From NCBI GenBank assembly GCA_036493835.1, contig DASXPD010000129.1, forward strand, positions 7,466-71,465: 64,000 nt of DNA, read 5' to 3'. The notes beneath the pieces were generated by a model. The model searched no databases and was not told the origin of the DNA. It saw only the letters and a list, made by a program, of their open reading frames with translations. The position numbers and the translations under genes are program-made. Numbering within the stretch: position 1 is the stretch's first letter; the number at the start of each line of letters is the position of its first letter. Of the stretch, positions 60,683-64,000 are shown one piece after another. The stretch comes from Candidatus Acidiferrum sp. GTDB taxonomy: Bacteria > Acidobacteriota > Terriglobia > Acidiferrales > UBA7541.

Positions 60683-60795
60683 GTACACCCACCCCCGGGT
60701 TGTTTTGTGAAGAGTGCGTATGTCTAGGCGAATGAGCGGCTTACGCAGGCCCGCTTTTGAGGAGTGAGAATGTCGCGTGTTTTGAGCGACTTACG
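60683..60795 (-). repeat. Second copy of the tandem 33-bp-unit element
   Basis: GAGTG...TTAC units at 60712-60744 and 60762-60794; tail ACCCCCGGGTTGTTTTGTG. Confidence 0.75.
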
Positions 60796-61064
60796 ATTTA
60801 GATTTCTTCGCTTTTCGTTTGCTTTGGGCTCGTTCCGGCTCGTTGCGCGAGCCAAGTTCCACGAAGAGGCCGTATTGCGAATGAAAAAGTGTGTCGGGTA
60901 AGTCGAGGCGTGGTTTTCTACGAGCGGATTATAGCACACCGAAAATTGGTGGATTCGCAGTGGCGCTTGTGTCGTCCCAACTTGCAGCGGCGATTGTGGC
61001 GTCCGGATTTGAGGTGGCGAGTGTTGGCGTCGGGATTCGCGCGTAGTGCTAGAATGCCAGCCCT

Positions 61065-62318
61065 ATGAAAAATTCACGGCGTAGTTTTCTATCGTGGTGC
61101 CTTCCTGCGGTCATAGCGCTTGGCGCTCTGATCGCGCTCCCCGGATGGGCGCGACATTCTGACAGTGCATCTCTCACGGCGACGAAGTCCGCGACGCAAT
61201 CCGCCGCGGCGCCCGCGAAACCGGCCGACAAAGGGCCGTTCTATCTCGTGTACGTCGGTACGTACACCACGAAGCAGGAAAGCAAAGGCATCTACGCCTA
61301 CAATTTCAATCCCGCCACCGGCGAGTTCACGTCGATCGGCCTCGCCGCCGAGACGAAAGACCCGTCCTTCGTCGCCGTGCATCCCGACGGAAAACATTTG
61401 TATGCCGTGAACGAAATTGGCGACTACAACGGTGACAAGAGCGGCGCGATCAGTTCTTTCGAGATCGATCGCAAAAGCGGGAAGCTGAAATTTCTGAATC
61501 AGGTTTCGACGCACGGCGCAGGTCCGTGCCTTGTGTCGCTCGACAAAACGAATCGCTTCGTCCTCGTCGCGAACTACGACGGCGGCAGCGTCGCCACATT
61601 TCAGATCGAGCCCGACGGCAGCCTCAGCGTCGCGCGCGGTTTCGTGCAGCACTCCGGCAACGGACTAGACAAAGTGCGCCAGGAAGGCCCGCACGCGCAT
61701 TGGATTGGCACGTCGCCTGACAATCGGTTCGCGCTCGTCGCCGATCTCGGTCTCGACGACGTGCTCGTCTATAAATTTGACGACGTGCAGGGAAAACTGA
61801 CGCCGAACTCGCCGCCGTACGCGCAGGTGAAGGCTGGCTCGGGTCCGCGGCATCTCGCGTTCGCGCCCAACGGAAAATTTGCATATCTCGTCACCGAAAT
61901 GGCCTCGACGGTCGTCGCGTTTTCGTACAACGCTGAAAAAGGCACGCTGCAAACGCTACAAACGTTGCCGATGCTTCCCAAGGATTACAACGGAGTGAAA
62001 GAAGCGGCCGAAATCACCGTGCATCCCAACGGGAAATTCGTTTACGCATCGAATCGCGGCTCCGCCAACAGCATCGCCGCTTACAAAGTCGACGGAGCGA
62101 AGGGAACCCTGACGCCAATCGGAATTTATCCGACCGGCGGAAAAATTCCGCGGCACTTTACGATCGATCCCACGGGAAAATTTCTGATTGCTGCCAACGC
62201 CGACTCGAATAATCTCGTCACGCTGAAGATCGACGAAACGACCGGCGCTCTCACGCCGACCGGCAAGGAAGTTTCGGTTCCGTCGCCGCAGTGCATCGTC
62301 TTCGCCGGCACGGAGTAA
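61065..62318 (+). CDS. Lactonase family beta-propeller (6-phosphogluconolactonase-like), exported
   Basis: YVGTYT, VANYDGGS, GPHAHW, GSGPRHLAF, YASNRG, PRHFTIDPTG; SRRSFL N-terminus. Confidence 0.9.
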   Translation: MKNSRRSFLSWCLPAVIALGALIALPGWARHSDSASLTATKSATQSAAAPAKPADKGPFYLVYVGTYTTKQESKGIYAYNFNPATGEFTSIGLAAETKDPSFVAVHPDGKHLYAVNEIGDYNGDKSGAISSFEIDRKSGKLKFLNQVSTHGAGPCLVSLDKTNRFVLVANYDGGSVATFQIEPDGSLSVARGFVQHSGNGLDKVRQEGPHAHWIGTSPDNRFALVADLGLDDVLVYKFDDVQGKLTPNSPPYAQVKAGSGPRHLAFAPNGKFAYLVTEMASTVVAFSYNAEKGTLQTLQTLPMLPKDYNGVKEAAEITVHPNGKFVYASNRGSANSIAAYKVDGAKGTLTPIGIYPTGGKIPRHFTIDPTGKFLIAANADSNNLVTLKIDETTGALTPTGKEVSVPSPQCIVFAGTE

Positions 62319-62450
62319 GTCGCCGTTCGCCGAATCCGACTTCGCGCTGACCGCCCGCGAAACAAAAAACAGAAAAATCGCATGCGAGGATGCCGCGGCA
62401 CAGCGTCTGGGGTACAATCCCGCTGTTTTGACTGCGTAAGGGAGAAACAG

Positions 62451-64000
62451 ATGATGCATTGGGCTCGGGTGGCGAAGTGCGTTTGTGCGGCGACGTTGCT
62501 GGCGGCTGCGGTCGGTAGCGCAGCCTGGGCCGGAGACGGCGAGACGCAGCCTGCGCGTGGCGCGAATCAGCCTGTCGATGAGGCCTACTCCGCGAAGATC
62601 AAGAAATACACGACCGAGCCGTATTTCACATCGCCGCTCGTTGAATATTTGCCCGCATCGAAAAATGTTCCTACGCCGGAAGTTGTGCTTGGCGACGTGT
62701 CGGGCGCGCCCGGGATTCTGCCGTACGCGGAAGATGTCTACAAATATATGCGGCTGCTCGAGAAGGCCTCGCCGCGCGTGAAAGTTTTCACCATTGGCCA
62801 CACGGAAGAAGGCCGCGAAATGATCGCGGTAGCGGTTTCGTCGGAAGCGAACCTGAAAAATCTGGAATCGAATCGCGCGGAGCTCGCGAAACTTGCCGAT
62901 CCGCGCACGATCAAGCTCAACGACGCTGAGGCCGACAAGATCGTGGCGCGCACGACGCCGATCTATTACATCACCGGCACGATTCACTCGCCCGAAACCG
63001 GCGCGCCGACCGCGCTGATGGAACTGGCGTATCGCCTCGCGGTCGATGAGAGTCCTTACGTGAAGGAAATTCGCGATGGCGTCGTGACGCTGATCACGCC
63101 GGTTGTCGAAGTCGACGGGCGCGATCGCATGGTCGACATTTACAAATGGCATTTGTCGCACCCGAAAGATTTTTATCCGCCACTGATTTACTGGGGCAAG
63201 TACGTGGCGCACGACAACAATCGCGACGCGATGGGCGTGACGCTAGACCTGACGCAGAACGTGTTGAACACCTACACCGGGTGGAAGGCGCAGGTGCTGC
63301 ACGATCTGCATGAGTCGGTGCCGTATCTCTACGACAACACGGTCGGCGACGGTCCTTATAATGCGTGGATCGACCCGATTCTCGCCGACGAGTGGCAGAT
63401 GATCGGCGCGCGCAACGTGGCCGACATGACGAAGTTTGGAATGCCTGGCGTTTTCACGCACGGAGATTTCGATACGTGGTCGCCGGGCTATCTTATGTTC
63501 ATCGCGGCGATGCACAACGGGATCAGCCGGCTCTACGAAACATTTGGAAACGGCGGCGCCGATACGAAAGAGCGCACGCTCGAGCCGGAAGAGTACGCGC
63601 GCACCTGGTACAAGCAGAATCCGCCGCTGCCGAAGACGCTATGGTCGCAGCGCGACAACAACAATTACGAAGAAACCGGCCTGATCACTTCGCTCCATTA
63701 CTTCAACGAAAATAAGCGGATGTTTCTGAAGAATTTTTATCTGAAGGCGAAGCGCTCGACGCTGAAGCCGACGGCGGAAGGTCCTGCGGCGTATGTTTTG
63801 CCGGGCGACGATCCGCGATCGGAACTGCAAGCAGAACTGCTGCAGGTGATGGACAAGCAGAAGGTGGAAATTTCTCGAGCGACATCGGCGTTCACGGTGA
63901 CGTTCCCGCCGAAAAAGAAAGAAGACGACAGCAAGCGCGGCCGCGATGGCGCGAAGGCATCGGACAAAGACAAATCCGAGAAAGACACCCAGCCGACCAC
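62451..64000 (+). CDS. M14 family zinc carboxypeptidase, 3' truncated by the window (absent from the ORF track)
   Basis: Own translation from ATG 62451: signal peptide, IGHTEEGREM, TGTIHSPE, HDNNRD, VLHDLHES; frame appears open to 64000. Confidence 0.88.
   Translation, partial: MMHWARVAKCVCAATLLAAAVGSAAWAGDGETQPARGANQPVDEAYSAKIKKYTTEPYFTSPLVEYLPASKNVPTPEVVLGDVSGAPGILPYAEDVYKYMRLLEKASPRVKVFTIGHTEEGREMIAVAVSSEANLKNLESNRAELAKLADPRTIKLNDAEADKIVARTTPIYYITGTIHSPETGAPTALMELAYRLAVDESPYVKEIRDGVVTLITPVVEVDGRDRMVDIYKWHLSHPKDFYPPLIYWGKYVAHDNNRDAMGVTLDLTQNVLNTYTGWKAQVLHDLHESVPYLYDNTVGDGPYNAWIDPILADEWQMIGARNVADMTKFGMPGVFTHGDFDTWSPGYLMFIAAMHNGISRLYETFGNGGADTKERTLEPEEYARTWYKQNPPLPKTLWSQRDNNNYEETGLITSLHYFNENKRMFLKNFYLKAKRSTLKPTAEGPAAYVLPGDDPRSELQAELLQVMDKQKVEISRATSAFTVTFPPKKKEDDSKRGRDGAKASDKDKSEKDTQPT

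Overview
A GC-rich bacterial chromosome segment, most likely Acidobacteriota (inferred from the PadR + ADOP duplicated permease, short PheT, TonB receptor and OmpA types). It spans the replication origin region (dnaA-oriC-dnaN-gyrB-gyrA), the thrS...infC-rpmI-rplT-pheS-pheT-zapA translation cluster, typA, a 6S RNA before ymdB, many secreted hydrolases, a type III PKS/methyltransferase pair, a TonB receptor, a large patatin/cPLA2-like gene and two toxin-antitoxin modules (vapBC-type, hicBA). No tRNA, rRNA, CRISPR array, transposase or integrase was found. Most notable observations: (1) an ORF6N gene containing a perfect 31-bp palindrome that encodes part of the protein, with a second copy with identical arms just downstream; (2) a DUF2946/CruR-like CxxC...RAPP uORF before the TonB receptor, a candidate metal-sensing ribosome-arrest switch; (3) a dispersed non-coding element of tandem 33-bp GTAA...CACTC units near accessory insertions; (4) a tetraloop-rich RNA with an anti-SD switch between rpmI and rplT; (5) chained PadR operator palindromes, nested REP elements and a mosaic GC skew. 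All calls come from reading the sequence and supplied ORFs; no searches or folding programs were run.
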